Positions 14,652 through 23,046 of a stretch of DNA of 32,000 nt are shown here, in pieces; the first letter of the stretch is position 1, and each line of letters opens with the position of its first letter. Position numbers and translations under genes: made by a program. The notes under the pieces were generated by a model, which ran no database searches, was not told the origin of the DNA, and worked only from the letters and a program-made list of their open reading frames with translations. This DNA is from Candidatus Peribacter riflensis (GTDB taxonomy: Bacteria > Patescibacteriota > Gracilibacteria > Peribacterales > Peribacteraceae): the NCBI GenBank assembly GCA_001430755.1, contig CP013062.1, positions 390,001-422,000 of the forward strand. The letters run 5' to 3'.

Positions 14652-16286
14652 TTAAAAATCCATCCCACCCCCTCCACCCGGCATCTGCGGCATCGGCTCC
14701 TCCTTCTTCGGAATCTCCGTGACTGCAACTTCCAGTGTGAGGAACATTGAGGCGACCGAGGCGGCGTTCTCGAGTGCACTGCGCGTGACCTTCTTCGGGT
14801 CGATGACGCGGGCCTTCACCAGATCCTCATACTTGCCCGTGAGCACGTTGTAGCCGTCGGAACCTTTCAGGCCCTTCACCTTCTCGAAGACGACTTCGCC
14901 CGTGATGCCGGCGTTGTCGGCGATCTGGCGGCAGGGGGCCGAGAGCGCATCACGCACGATATCGATGCCGATCTGCTCGTCTTCATTCTCTGACTTGAGC
15001 TTCGAGAGAGCGGGGATGGCGCGGATGTACGCCGTGCCTCCGCCCGGAACGATGCCTTCCTCCGCGGCGGCGCGCGTGGCCGAGAGCGCGTCTTCGACGC
15101 GGTGCTGCTTCTCTTTCTGCTCCACTTCGGTGGCGGCGCCCACTTTGATCACGGCGACTCCGCCCGAGAGCTTGGCCAACCGCTCCTGCAATTTTTCCTT
15201 GTCAAAGTCGGAGGAGGTCTTCTCGAGCGCGACTTTGATCTCTTTCATGCGCTGTTCGATATCGGGCTTCTTGCCGTGGCCGTCGATGACGAGGGTTTTA
15301 TCCTTGTCCGCGACCACTCTGCGCGCGCGACCCAGATCTTCGATCGTGGCGTTCTCGAGCTTGAGACCCACTTCTTCGCTGATCACGCGGCCCCCCGTGA
15401 GGGCGGCGATATCTTTGAGGATTTCTTTGCGGCGGTCACCGAAGGCGGGGGCCTTCACGGCGAGGGTCGAGAAGGTGCCGCGGAGCTTGTTCACCACGAG
15501 GGTGGCGAGCGCTTCGCCCTCCACGGTCTCGGCGATGATCACGAGCTCCTTCTTGCCGCGCTGGGCCAGCGCCTCGAGGAGCGGCAGGATCTCCTGGATC
15601 GAACTGATCTTCTTATCCGTAATGAGGATGTAGGGGTTCTCGTAGGCGGATTCCATGCGCGCGGCATCCGTGACGAAGTAGGCCGAGATGTAGCCGTTCT
15701 CGAACTGCATGCCCTCTACGAATTCCTTCTCGATGCCGAGGGTCTGGCCGGCCTCCACCGTCACGACGCCATCCTTGCCGACTTCATCGATGATCTCGGC
15801 GATCACGTCGCCGATCTCGCTATCCTGCGCCGAGATGTTCGCGACGGCGGCGTAGTCCTCCTTCTTCGAGATGACTTTCTTCATCGTCTCGAGCTCCGCA
15901 TTCACCGCGGCGACACCTTTCTCGATGCCCTTCTTGATCGCGATGGGGTTAGAGCCCGCGCTCAAGTGCTTCAGGCCCTCCTCCATCATGGCGAAGGCGA
16001 GCACGGTCGCGGTTGTCGTGCCGTCACCGGCGGCGTCGTTGGTCTTGGTCGCGGCCTCGCGCACGAGCTGCGCGCCCATGTTCTCGAACGGATCTTCCAA
16101 ATCGATTTCTTTGGCCACCGAGACGCCGTCTTTCGTGACGGTCGGTCCGCCGTACTTCTTCTCGATCACGGCGTTGCGGCCCTTGGGGCCCATGGTGGCG
16201 CGCACGGCCTTGGTGAGCATGCTGACACCGGCGAAGACCTTCTTGCGCGCTTCATTTCCGAAGAGGAGTTGCTTGGCTTGAGACAT
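14652..16286 (-). CDS. groEL: Chaperonin GroEL (60 kDa)
   Basis: The 544-aa ORF shows [29 protein letters not shown], and a C-terminal PGGGGGMDF tail. Confidence 0.98.
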   Translation of the reverse strand: MSQAKQLLFGNEARKKVFAGVSMLTKAVRATMGPKGRNAVIEKKYGGPTVTKDGVSVAKEIDLEDPFENMGAQLVREAATKTNDAAGDGTTTATVLAFAMMEEGLKHLSAGSNPIAIKKGIEKGVAAVNAELETMKKVISKKEDYAAVANISAQDSEIGDVIAEIIDEVGKDGVVTVEAGQTLGIEKEFVEGMQFENGYISAYFVTDAARMESAYENPYILITDKKISSIQEILPLLEALAQRGKKELVIIAETVEGEALATLVVNKLRGTFSTLAVKAPAFGDRRKEILKDIAALTGGRVISEEVGLKLENATIEDLGRARRVVADKDKTLVIDGHGKKPDIEQRMKEIKVALEKTSSDFDKEKLQERLAKLSGGVAVIKVGAATEVEQKEKQHRVEDALSATRAAAEEGIVPGGGTAYIRAIPALSKLKSENEDEQIGIDIVRDALSAPCRQIADNAGITGEVVFEKVKGLKGSDGYNVLTGKYEDLVKARVIDPKKVTRSALENAASVASMFLTLEVAVTEIPKKEEPMPQMPGGGGGMDF

Positions 16287-16292
16287 GATGTT

Positions 16293-16346
16293 TAGGGGGT
16301 AGGGATAGGGTGAGGAGTAGGGGAGTAGGGAACGAGGGAAGTAGGG
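16293..16346. repeat. Six copies of TAGGG (CCCTA on the mRNA strand) in the groES-groEL spacer
   Basis: TAGGG occurs at 16293, 16300, 16306, 16318, 16326 and 16342. The 76-nt spacer is G-rich on plus and C/T-rich on the sense strand, with no purine-rich SD before groEL. Confidence 0.85.
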
Positions 16347-16362
16347 AAATCGGGAGTGGGAA

Positions 16363-16701
16363 CTATTTCACTTTGCCGAGGATGGAATCCAAGTGAAGCA
16401 CTTTCACTTCGACATCCTTTCCTGCGGTGTCTTTGAGCTTCACGTCATCTCCGGCGTACTTGCCGAAGAGCACGCGGTCGCCGACTTTGAGGAAATCGGA
16501 GGGGTTCGCGACGGGCTTGCCCTCGTTCATGATGCCGCCCTTGCCGAGCGCGATCACCACGCCCTCCTGCGGCTTCTCGCCGGAGGCGGTATCGGGGATC
16601 ACGATGCCGGAGGCCGTGACCTGCTCTGCGGGCAGGGGATGCACGACCACGCGGTCACCGAGCGGTTCGATATTCACTTTGAGTTGCGGGATGGCTGCCA
16701 T
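16363..16701 (-). CDS. groES: Co-chaperonin GroES (10 kDa)
   Basis: The start is ATG at 16701 ([39 protein letters not shown]), giving 112 aa. The longer listed ORF runs through the promoter and CIRCE. Confidence 0.95.
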   Translation of the reverse strand: MAAIPQLKVNIEPLGDRVVVHPLPAEQVTASGIVIPDTASGEKPQEGVVIALGKGGIMNEGKPVANPSDFLKVGDRVLFGKYAGDDVKLKDTAGKDVEVKVLHLDSILGKVK

Positions 16702-16766
16702 AGAGAAGAATGGGGAAGGAGTGCGTGAAGAAGATGGAGGCGTGTTGTCAAAAAGACACGACGCCG

Positions 16767-16793
16767 TTAGCAGTCGGCATTTTAGAGTGCTAA
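16767..16793. promoter_or_regulatory. CIRCE operator (HrcA binding site)
   Basis: TTAGCAGTC-N9-GAGTGCTAA differs from the consensus TTAGCACTC-N9-GAGTGCTAA by one mismatch. It lies 66 nt upstream of groES. Confidence 0.9.
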
Positions 16794-16806
16794 TGCGCAG
16801 AGTCAA
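16779..16806 (-). promoter_or_regulatory. groESL promoter overlapping CIRCE
   Basis: The minus strand reads TTGACT (16801-16806), 16 nt, then TAAAAT (16779-16784). The -10 box lies in the CIRCE spacer. Confidence 0.7.
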
Positions 16807-16891
16807 GAGCAGTCGCAATGTCAGGGGGATTTTCTTGTGGCCCGCACCCTGCATCCCTACAGTGCCGCAGCTTTTTCTCTTTCACGTGGAA

Positions 16892-17395
16892 TCACTCGAA
16901 TCTGTCAGCGTCGGCAATCCCTCTGATGGCACCGCATGCCTGATGCGCGGGTTCTTGCAGGGGGCGCTCAATGATGTGGGGAACATCCAGCCTTGGCGGG
17001 GCGATACCCAGTGGGGCGTGATGCGCGATCGTTTTCAGCATCCGGTGGGCAGAGTGAGTGTCCACTCCATCCCCAATAGCCACACTGCGCGCGTTGATGT
17101 GCTCTTTCACAACGTCACGTGTTCACGATCCGCTCTGAGTGCGGTTCGCCTTGTCCTGCGGGACCGCGGCGGCCTGCAGCAGGTGGCCGGCACGTGGGAG
17201 CAGGCTCCTGTGCTGCGGTGTTGTTTCACCGTGCCGCGCGACCGCAGTCTTGAGCTCGCAGTGGGGGAGAACGTGGAGCCGCCCCGGCAGTCGGGCGAAT
17301 GGAACGTGTGCTCGATGACGCTTGATCAGGCCGAGCAGATACAGGAATGCCTCGAGAGGCGTGCTCGCGGGGGCAGATGAGCGCAGGACGAACAT
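16892..17395 (-). pseudogene. Histidine-phosphatase-superfamily (SixA/PGAM-like) gene interrupted by an in-frame TGA
   Basis: ORFs 17123-17395 and 16892-17110 are in the same frame, separated by TGA (17123-17125) plus 4 codons. The upstream part has AVARHGETTPQH (RHG catalytic motif). The downstream part has VDTHSAHRMLKTIA (cf. SPxxRAxQTA) and EPAHQACG (cf. the second catalytic His region). GC3 is high in this frame. Confidence 0.55.
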
Positions 17396-17476
17396 GTACG
17401 CAATCTCAAGTGCTGTCTATTGTTTTCTGGGGTGGATCTTTCGCATAATTCATCGATTTCCTCCCCAATTTCTCTT

Positions 17477-18928
17477 ATGCGCATGCATCGCTCGTTTTCT
17501 CTGCTCTCCATGTTCTGCGCCGGGCTCCTCCTCGGCGGAGTCGGTGTCGGCATCGCCGCCACCACCCGCGGCTCGGCAATCTTCCGTGACGTGCCCGAGG
17601 GGGCGTTCTTCGATGAGGCAGTCGGAGAAATGTACTCCGTCGGCGTGATCAAGGGGTACACCAACGGACTCTTCGGCCCCAATGACTTCGTCACCCGCGG
17701 CCAGGTCGCAGTGATGATGCAGCGCCTGCGTGATGACATTCTGGAATCCGGCGGGGTATCGAGCTCCTCGCGATCCTCGAGCTCTTCGACCAGCAGCTCC
17801 TCTACGTCTTCCTCCAGCTCCAGCTCCTCCAGTACGCCTCCCCCTGTGCAAGGAGCATTCCGCTTCACCAGCGGAACCTTCAGCCTGCCCGAGACTGTCT
17901 CGAGGCTCTCGCTCAGCGTGCAGCGCTACGGCGGATCGGAGGGCGATGTGACGGTGAAGTACACCGTGAAGAGCGGCACGGCGACGGCGGCAGCTGACTT
18001 CGTGGAAGCGAATCTCGCCTCTCTCTCATTCAAGGATGGTGAAACATCGAAGACCTTTACGATCTCGCTGATGGATGACGATCTGGGTGAGGGGTCGGAA
18101 ACGGTATTCATCGAGCTCTCGAATCCGACCGGCGGCTCTGCCCTCGGTTCCCCCTCTACGGCGATCCTCACCATTCTCGATAACGAGGCGCCCTCGAGCG
18201 GTGGATCTTCTTCATCCAATTCTTCAGCAACATCGCAGACATCCAGCACCCCGATGATCAAGTTCAGCGCCCTCGCGTACGAAGTGCGTGAGAATGTGGC
18301 AGGGGCGACGATCACGGTTCTGCGCTCGGGCAGCACGAGCAGCGCGGTGGGTGTGAGCTACACCACGGTCAATAAAACCGCCTATGCGGGGAGCGAGTAC
18401 ACCACGACGAACGGCACGCTCACCTTCGCAGTGGGCGAGACCTCCAAGACCTTCACGGTTCCCATTCTGGATGACTCATCCGTCGACGGAAAGAAATCCC
18501 TCACGCTCACCCTGAGTGCTCCCACGGGAGGAGCCGTCCTGGGAACATCCTCCGTGCTGCTCAGTATCTCCGATAACGAGATCGGTACTTTCGGCAGCGG
18601 AGCCTTCATGTTCAGCAAGCCCGATTATGACGCGCTGGAGGGCGACGGCATTGCCACGCTCACCGTGAATCGCGTGGGCGGCACGCTCCACACCGTCGGC
18701 GTGACCTACACCACCAACCACGCGACCGCGCTCCCGGGTCAGGATTTCACCACCACGACCGGAACGCTCTCCTTCGAGCCGGGTGAGCAGAGCAAGAGCT
18801 TCACGATTCCCATCCTCAGAGACAGCGCCTCTGATAGCAACGAGTACTTCTCAGTGACGCTCTCCGCCCCCACCGGCGGCGCGACCATCGATAGCCCCAG
18901 CTCCGTGCAGGTGTACATCTTTGATTGA
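17477..18928 (+). CDS. Secreted SLH-domain protein with three Calx-beta domains
   Basis: I place the start at ATG 17477 (MRMHRSFSLLSMFCAGLLLGGVGVGIA, a signal/anchor). The SLH motif is FRDVPEGAFFDEAVGEMYSVGVIKGYTNGLFGPNDFVTRGQVAVMM. A poly-Ser linker follows, then three repeats ending in DNE/IFD with GTATAxxDF..G.L.F..GE.SKTFTI (Calx-beta). Confidence 0.85.
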   Translation: MRMHRSFSLLSMFCAGLLLGGVGVGIAATTRGSAIFRDVPEGAFFDEAVGEMYSVGVIKGYTNGLFGPNDFVTRGQVAVMMQRLRDDILESGGVSSSSRSSSSSTSSSSTSSSSSSSSSTPPPVQGAFRFTSGTFSLPETVSRLSLSVQRYGGSEGDVTVKYTVKSGTATAAADFVEANLASLSFKDGETSKTFTISLMDDDLGEGSETVFIELSNPTGGSALGSPSTAILTILDNEAPSSGGSSSSNSSATSQTSSTPMIKFSALAYEVRENVAGATITVLRSGSTSSAVGVSYTTVNKTAYAGSEYTTTNGTLTFAVGETSKTFTVPILDDSSVDGKKSLTLTLSAPTGGAVLGTSSVLLSISDNEIGTFGSGAFMFSKPDYDALEGDGIATLTVNRVGGTLHTVGVTYTTNHATALPGQDFTTTTGTLSFEPGEQSKSFTIPILRDSASDSNEYFSVTLSAPTGGATIDSPSSVQVYIFD

Positions 18929-18952
18929 TCTCTTCTTCAAAGAGTATTGGAA

Positions 18953-18976
18953 GGGCGGCCGGTGGCCGCCCTTTTT
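18953..18976 (+). terminator. Rho-independent terminator
   Basis: GGGCGGCC-GGT-GGCCGCCC is followed by TTTTT, starting 25 nt after the stop of the SLH gene. Confidence 0.8.
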
Positions 18977-18979
18977 CGT

Positions 18980-19438
18980 TCACGATCGGAGCGTTGCTAC
19001 GAGTCGCTTCGGCTTGAGGAACAAATCGAGGGCGTCATTGACGGATGGTACGACGACATCCGATTCAAGGAGCGTGAGACGATGTGCTCCTTCCGCTTGC
19101 AGTACGCAGATTTTCAGGCGCACGGTCTTGAAGAGCTCCAGATCGATTCTGCCGTTGCCGATCGTTGCCGCAGTTTCGGGATGGAGCTTTTTTGCCTCCT
19201 CCGCCTTGGCGGAGGCATCGGGGGTGACGCGTACTTCGATGGTCAGCTCCCTGGCGATTGCATGGGCGTTGCCCTGTGTGTCTCCTGTAAAGAGGATGAT
19301 GTGCAATTGCTCTCGCAGAGCTTCGATACGCTCCGCGACGCCGGGGACGAGGATTCCATCGATTGCGAGAGTGCCATTGAGATCTAGGATCAACGTTTCG
19401 ATGGTGAACGGATCCTGGCCTGGGATAGTGAAATGCAT
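18980..19438 (-). CDS. HAD-superfamily hydrolase (soluble P-type-ATPase-like phosphatase)
   Basis: The 152-aa ORF has HAD motif I LILDLNGTL, then FTGDTQGNA and IGNGRIDLE (motif IV-like). Confidence 0.8.
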   Translation of the reverse strand: MHFTIPGQDPFTIETLILDLNGTLAIDGILVPGVAERIEALREQLHIILFTGDTQGNAHAIARELTIEVRVTPDASAKAEEAKKLHPETAATIGNGRIDLELFKTVRLKICVLQAEGAHRLTLLESDVVVPSVNDALDLFLKPKRLVATLRS

Positions 19439-19532
19439 AAACGGATACTATGACCTTATCGTTTTTATTTTGTCAATTCTCAGAGGAAACATTTTCGTGC
19501 TGTGCGGGTGTGCTACACTGCGCTTGCCTGTG

Positions 19533-19618
19533 CCGACGTGGCGGAATTGGTAGACGCGCACGCTTCAGGAGCGTGTGATCGCAAGGTCATGGGAGTTCGA
19601 TTCTCCCCGTCGGCACCA
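19533..19618 (+). tRNA. tRNA-Leu (anticodon CAG), CCA encoded
   Basis: The acceptor stem is GCCGACG/CGTCGGC. The anticodon arm is CACGC-TTCAGGA-GCGTG. There is a long variable arm (TGATC-GCAA-GGTCA), a T arm GGGAG-TTCGATT-CTCCC, and a 3' ACCA. Confidence 0.93.
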
Positions 19619-19658
19619 TCAACAGTACAAACAGATCGTCCTATCCTCTGAGAAAAGA

Positions 19659-19871
19659 TTACTGTTTGCCAGATATGCGTTTTGTGACTGCAGACGCGAT
19701 GTCCGCGATGGCGGCACCTCCGTAGACGAAGACCTGTCCGATAGCCGTGTGCAGAACAGCAGATACACGTTCAACGCTATTCTGCGGTGGGAACATTTTT
19801 CTCATGTCCTGTGCCGCTTCGCGCATGTCGCGCGTGTGTTTCCAGTCAATTGTCATAAGGAAAGTATACAT
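19659..19871 (-). CDS. Hypothetical small protein (70 aa)
   Basis: The ORF has lower GC than its surroundings, and I take ATG 19871 as the start (MYTFLMTIDWKHTRDMREAAQDMRKMF). I recognise no family. Confidence 0.4.
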   Translation of the reverse strand: MYTFLMTIDWKHTRDMREAAQDMRKMFPPQNSVERVSAVLHTAIGQVFVYGGAAIADIASAVTKRISGKQ

Positions 19872-19915
19872 CTTCGGTATTTCCACAAAACGGGTTTTTC
19901 GGCATACTGGTCCGG

Positions 19916-21937
19916 ATGTTTCTACGCCATTTTGAGCGCCTTAAACGCGCCCCGTGGGAGAGGTACAGCCAGGCCGCCCTGCTCATTCTGCTCGCCTTCG
20001 CCGTTCTCTGGCGTGGCGGGCGTACGCTCGATGTCACGCTGCTGCTCGGGCTCGTCGCGGGCGCCGTCGTGCTGGCGCGCGGATGCCGGGAACGGGAGGG
20101 GGAGCGTTCCGTTCCCACTGTTCTCTGGTGGCTGACCGTGCTGTTCGTCCTCTGGACCGCGGTGAGCTACGTGCTCACGCGCACGATGAACTACGGTTTC
20201 GATGAGGTGGCGCAGACCGCTGCGCTCGCTCTGCTCTTTCTGTGGATGGCCCGTCATCCGGAGGGGGCGAAGATGCACACATCCATCCTGCGGGTGCTGG
20301 TCGTCACCGTGCTCGTGGCATCTCTGATCGGCGTGCTCGTCTATGCCTTGGGTCCCCTCAGTCGATTCGTGGGAACGTTCCTCGACATCCGCGCCCCGTG
20401 GAAGCATGCGTGGCCCAATGCCTGGGCGGAACTCCTGTTGCTCTCATGGCCCATCGCCCTGCTCCTCGCCCGTCCTCAGGACGAGCAGGGCAGCGGAGAG
20501 CTCTCGACACTCTGGAAGATCGCCAGGCGTTCGCTCCCGGCGGGCGTGATGGTGGGGTGTCTGCTCCTGAGTTTCTCGCGGGCCGCTTTTCTCGTGTTCC
20601 TCGGGCAGAGCATTGTGCTGCTGCTCTGGTCCCTGCAGCGCCGGGTTGCGTGGAGGCGCGCGGCCATGATCGCTCTCAGCGTACTCGCGATCGGCCTCAT
20701 CTTCTTTGGGCTCAGCAATCACCTCCGTTCGCGCAGCCACCCCGTACAATCCCTCTCCGAGAAGGCGCTCTTCCTCGCCCCCGAAGGGTCCAGCTCGGTG
20801 AGCGAGCGGCGTACCTTCTGGACGCAGGCGTTCCGACTGGCGAATGAGCATCCGCTCTTCGGATCCGGTCCCGGCAGTTTTCGCTTCGTGCAGACGCCGC
20901 TCATGCGCGCACCTCTGGCCACCTCGGATCATGCGCACAATCTCTTTCTCAAGCTTGCCGCGGAGCGCGGGTGGATGGCAGCGGCGCTCGCGTTCACGTT
21001 GCTGTGCATCGTACTCCTGCCGCTCCTGAAGGGCCTGCTCCCTGCCATGCGCTGTCCGCTCCAGGGGTGTCCGTTCTCCTGTGTGCTGGCGCGCATCCCC
21101 CGGTATGAGCTGACGCTGAAACGCGCGCTCCTGCTTACCGCGGTGCTCGGCGTGCTCGCGCACAACCTCGTCGATTTCAATCTGCACTTCATCGCGATCA
21201 GCCTGCCGACGGTGCTGATCCTCGCCATGCTGCCGCACGCCGGAGGGAGCAAATTGAATAAAAAATTTGTTCATATTGCAGGGTGCGCCCTGGCCGTCGT
21301 GCTCCTCTTTGCAACGGTGCATGAGAGCTTCTATGCCGCCACGTCCACGCTGGCCCGCCGCGCAGACGCACAGGGCAAATCGCAGCAGGCACTGCGCTGG
21401 TACCGGTGGTCCACAGGCGAGTGGTACAGCCGCGACCGTTCGCTGGCCCTGGCACGCCTGCAGATGAAGATGGAGGCACGCGCAGAAGCCCTTGCAACGA
21501 TACGGCGCTACACGCAGGAACTGAATCCTGCCGATGTACGTGGCTGGCACTTGCAGGCAGAAATTGCCCTTGCCGGTCAGGATACCGCGCTTGCGATGAC
21601 ATCATTGAGGCAGGCCTACGATCTGGGGCGTTACGCGGACCTGCGCATCTTGCAGGGTCTGCTGCCCCTGCTGGCCCTGCAGAGCAACACCGAGCTTGCC
21701 GAGAGGAAGGCCGAATTCTCGGAGGTGCTGCAAAAGTACTACGACGCCATTCTGCGCAACAGTCACTACATTGCCCTCTCACCCAATGTGGAGGCATTCG
21801 TGGACGTGGCCGAGCTCATGGCTGTGCTGTATCCGTCCGAGGCACCCCGCTATCAGGTCATGGCGGCAGGCGTGGATCGCCAGGCAAGAACAGAACGCCA
21901 GAAGCTTTCAGAATTCCGGTCACAAGTGATCTGGTGA
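19916..21937 (+). CDS. O-antigen ligase (Wzy_C) family membrane protein with C-terminal TPR-like region
   Basis: The 673-aa ORF has many TM segments. The core is SFSRAAFLVF ... ERRTFWTQAFRLANEHPLFGSGPGSFRF ... DHAHNLFLKLAAERGW. The C-terminal ~180 aa are helical repeats. CATACT (19903-19908) lies 7 nt before the ATG. Confidence 0.85.
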   Translation: MFLRHFERLKRAPWERYSQAALLILLAFAVLWRGGRTLDVTLLLGLVAGAVVLARGCREREGERSVPTVLWWLTVLFVLWTAVSYVLTRTMNYGFDEVAQTAALALLFLWMARHPEGAKMHTSILRVLVVTVLVASLIGVLVYALGPLSRFVGTFLDIRAPWKHAWPNAWAELLLLSWPIALLLARPQDEQGSGELSTLWKIARRSLPAGVMVGCLLLSFSRAAFLVFLGQSIVLLLWSLQRRVAWRRAAMIALSVLAIGLIFFGLSNHLRSRSHPVQSLSEKALFLAPEGSSSVSERRTFWTQAFRLANEHPLFGSGPGSFRFVQTPLMRAPLATSDHAHNLFLKLAAERGWMAAALAFTLLCIVLLPLLKGLLPAMRCPLQGCPFSCVLARIPRYELTLKRALLLTAVLGVLAHNLVDFNLHFIAISLPTVLILAMLPHAGGSKLNKKFVHIAGCALAVVLLFATVHESFYAATSTLARRADAQGKSQQALRWYRWSTGEWYSRDRSLALARLQMKMEARAEALATIRRYTQELNPADVRGWHLQAEIALAGQDTALAMTSLRQAYDLGRYADLRILQGLLPLLALQSNTELAERKAEFSEVLQKYYDAILRNSHYIALSPNVEAFVDVAELMAVLYPSEAPRYQVMAAGVDRQARTERQKLSEFRSQVIW

Positions 21938-21979
21938 GGTGCCCCGACTGCTGCTAGAGTGCACTCCCATTTTCCCAGC

Positions 21980-22486
21980 ATGAAGTACACGCTTTTCTCA
22001 CTCGGCTGTCTCTCGCTCCTGCTCGCCGGCTGCGGTGGCGGGGTCAGGGTGGGGGAGCCGCTCGGCTCCGACAGTTTCCGGTACAACATGCCGTCGGGCG
22101 CCGTACAGGATCTGCGCTTTGGCAGGGAGGTCTTCTTCGCCTACGGTGCCGTTGCAGGAACCAAACAGATACCGGCCAACGGCCTGGCGAAGACACACGT
22201 CTTTGAGAAGGGGATTTCGCTGCACACGCTGCAGGTGAATATTGCCCTGCCGAAGGACGGTACCTTCTACGAGAGCTGGCTCTTGAACGACAAGACGGAC
22301 GAGCGTATCTCCACCGGGCATTTAAAGAGCCTGTTCGGGGATGTACGGCATAATTTGGACTACCAGGCAGACCGTGATCTGGAGGACTTCTCAAAGGTGA
22401 TCATCACACTGGAAAAGGATGATGGCAACAGTGCCCCCGGAACCGAGGTGGCGACGGGTACGCTCAAGGAACTGAAGCGGGATTAA
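21980..22486 (+). CDS. Lipoprotein, unknown function
   Basis: MKYTLFSLGCLSLLLAGCGGG contains a lipobox (LLAGC). The C-terminal part (FYESWLLND...VIITLEKDDG) weakly resembles the extracytoplasmic domain of RskA-type anti-sigma factors. Confidence 0.8.
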   Translation: MKYTLFSLGCLSLLLAGCGGGVRVGEPLGSDSFRYNMPSGAVQDLRFGREVFFAYGAVAGTKQIPANGLAKTHVFEKGISLHTLQVNIALPKDGTFYESWLLNDKTDERISTGHLKSLFGDVRHNLDYQADRDLEDFSKVIITLEKDDGNSAPGTEVATGTLKELKRD

Positions 22487-22552
22487 CCGAGGTGAGCCCC
22501 GAATGAGGTTTAAAGAACCCTCCCGACCTAGCGCTTGAAGCGCGTGGGAGGC

Positions 22553-22625
22553 GGTGGGTGGGAAACCGCAGGGCTTTTATGTGTGTGTTGAGGGCCTGCG
22601 GGGTTCCGAAGTTCCGTCCATTCCC
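22553..22625. repeat. Second copy of the GGTGGGAAACC...TTCCGTYC repeat family
   Basis: The sequence is GGTGGGTGGGAAACCGCAGGGC[ttttatgtgtgtgttgag]GGCCTGCGGGGTTCCGAAGTTCCGTCC. It shares GGTGGGAAACC, TGCGGG and TTCCGT(T/C)C with 13322-13358. A CCGCAGG/CCTGCGG stem is present. Confidence 0.7.
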
Positions 22626-22638
22626 GTGATCGGCTGAC

Positions 22639-22770
22639 TTAGCCGAGGACCGGGAGGCTCATCACCATCGCGAGCGAGATGAAGGTGATGAGGAGCGCGT
22701 GCATGAGCACGAGCTGGGCGGAAGCACAGTGAAGATGTTGCTTCACGGGTTTTATCGTAGTGGTAGCCAT
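22639..22770 (-). CDS. Candidate small hydrophobic protein (43 aa)
   Basis: My translation is MATTTIKPVKQHLHCASAQLVLMHALLITFISLAMVMSLPVLG, which is below the ORF-track cutoff. TAGACA-N16-TACACT (-10 at 22782-22787) lies 11 nt upstream of the ATG. The stop is followed by the repeat hairpin. Confidence 0.35.
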   Translation of the reverse strand: MATTTIKPVKQHLHCASAQLVLMHALLITFISLAMVMSLPVLG

Positions 22771-23046
22771 AGAGGCGCGGCAGTGTACTCAGCACCAAGT
22801 TGTTGTCTAGATATCTTTGACTCATATTTGTGCTCAGTATTCTTATACTTGTCAAAAAATAGGCACTTCTTGGCTCTGCAAAAGGCTAAACCTGCCATTT
22901 CAAAGGGGCAGGGAAGGGGATCGATCATTGTACAAATTTTGTGTTCATAACAGGGTGGATTTCTAGATGTTTAGAAAACACATTTGACGATCAATCAAGA
23001 TCACACAAAATTTGGAAGGGTGAAACGCCGGATGATGGCTTCAATT

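Noticed and set aside
15102-16295. 397-aa plus-strand ORF
   Set aside because: It is antisense to groEL, which is unambiguous. The product is Gly/Asp/His/Leu-rich with no recognisable motif.
17123-17125. Genome-wide UGA reassignment (code 4 or 25) as the explanation for the in-frame TGA
   Set aside because: rlmN (stop at 7599-7601), the O-antigen-ligase gene (21935-21937) and the 145-aa membrane gene (8922-8924) all end on TGA at lengths or junctions that make sense. prfA, groEL and others align to expected lengths under the standard code.
16427-17380. 317-aa plus-strand ORF spanning groES and the adjacent region
   Set aside because: Its first third is antisense to groES, and the rest is antisense to the histidine-phosphatase-like frame. 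The product is Trp/Arg/Cys-rich with no motif.
20444-21550. 368-aa minus-strand ORF
   Set aside because: It is antisense to the O-antigen-ligase-family gene. The plus frame gives coherent TM helices and the Wzy_C core, while the minus product is Arg/Gln/Glu/His-rich.
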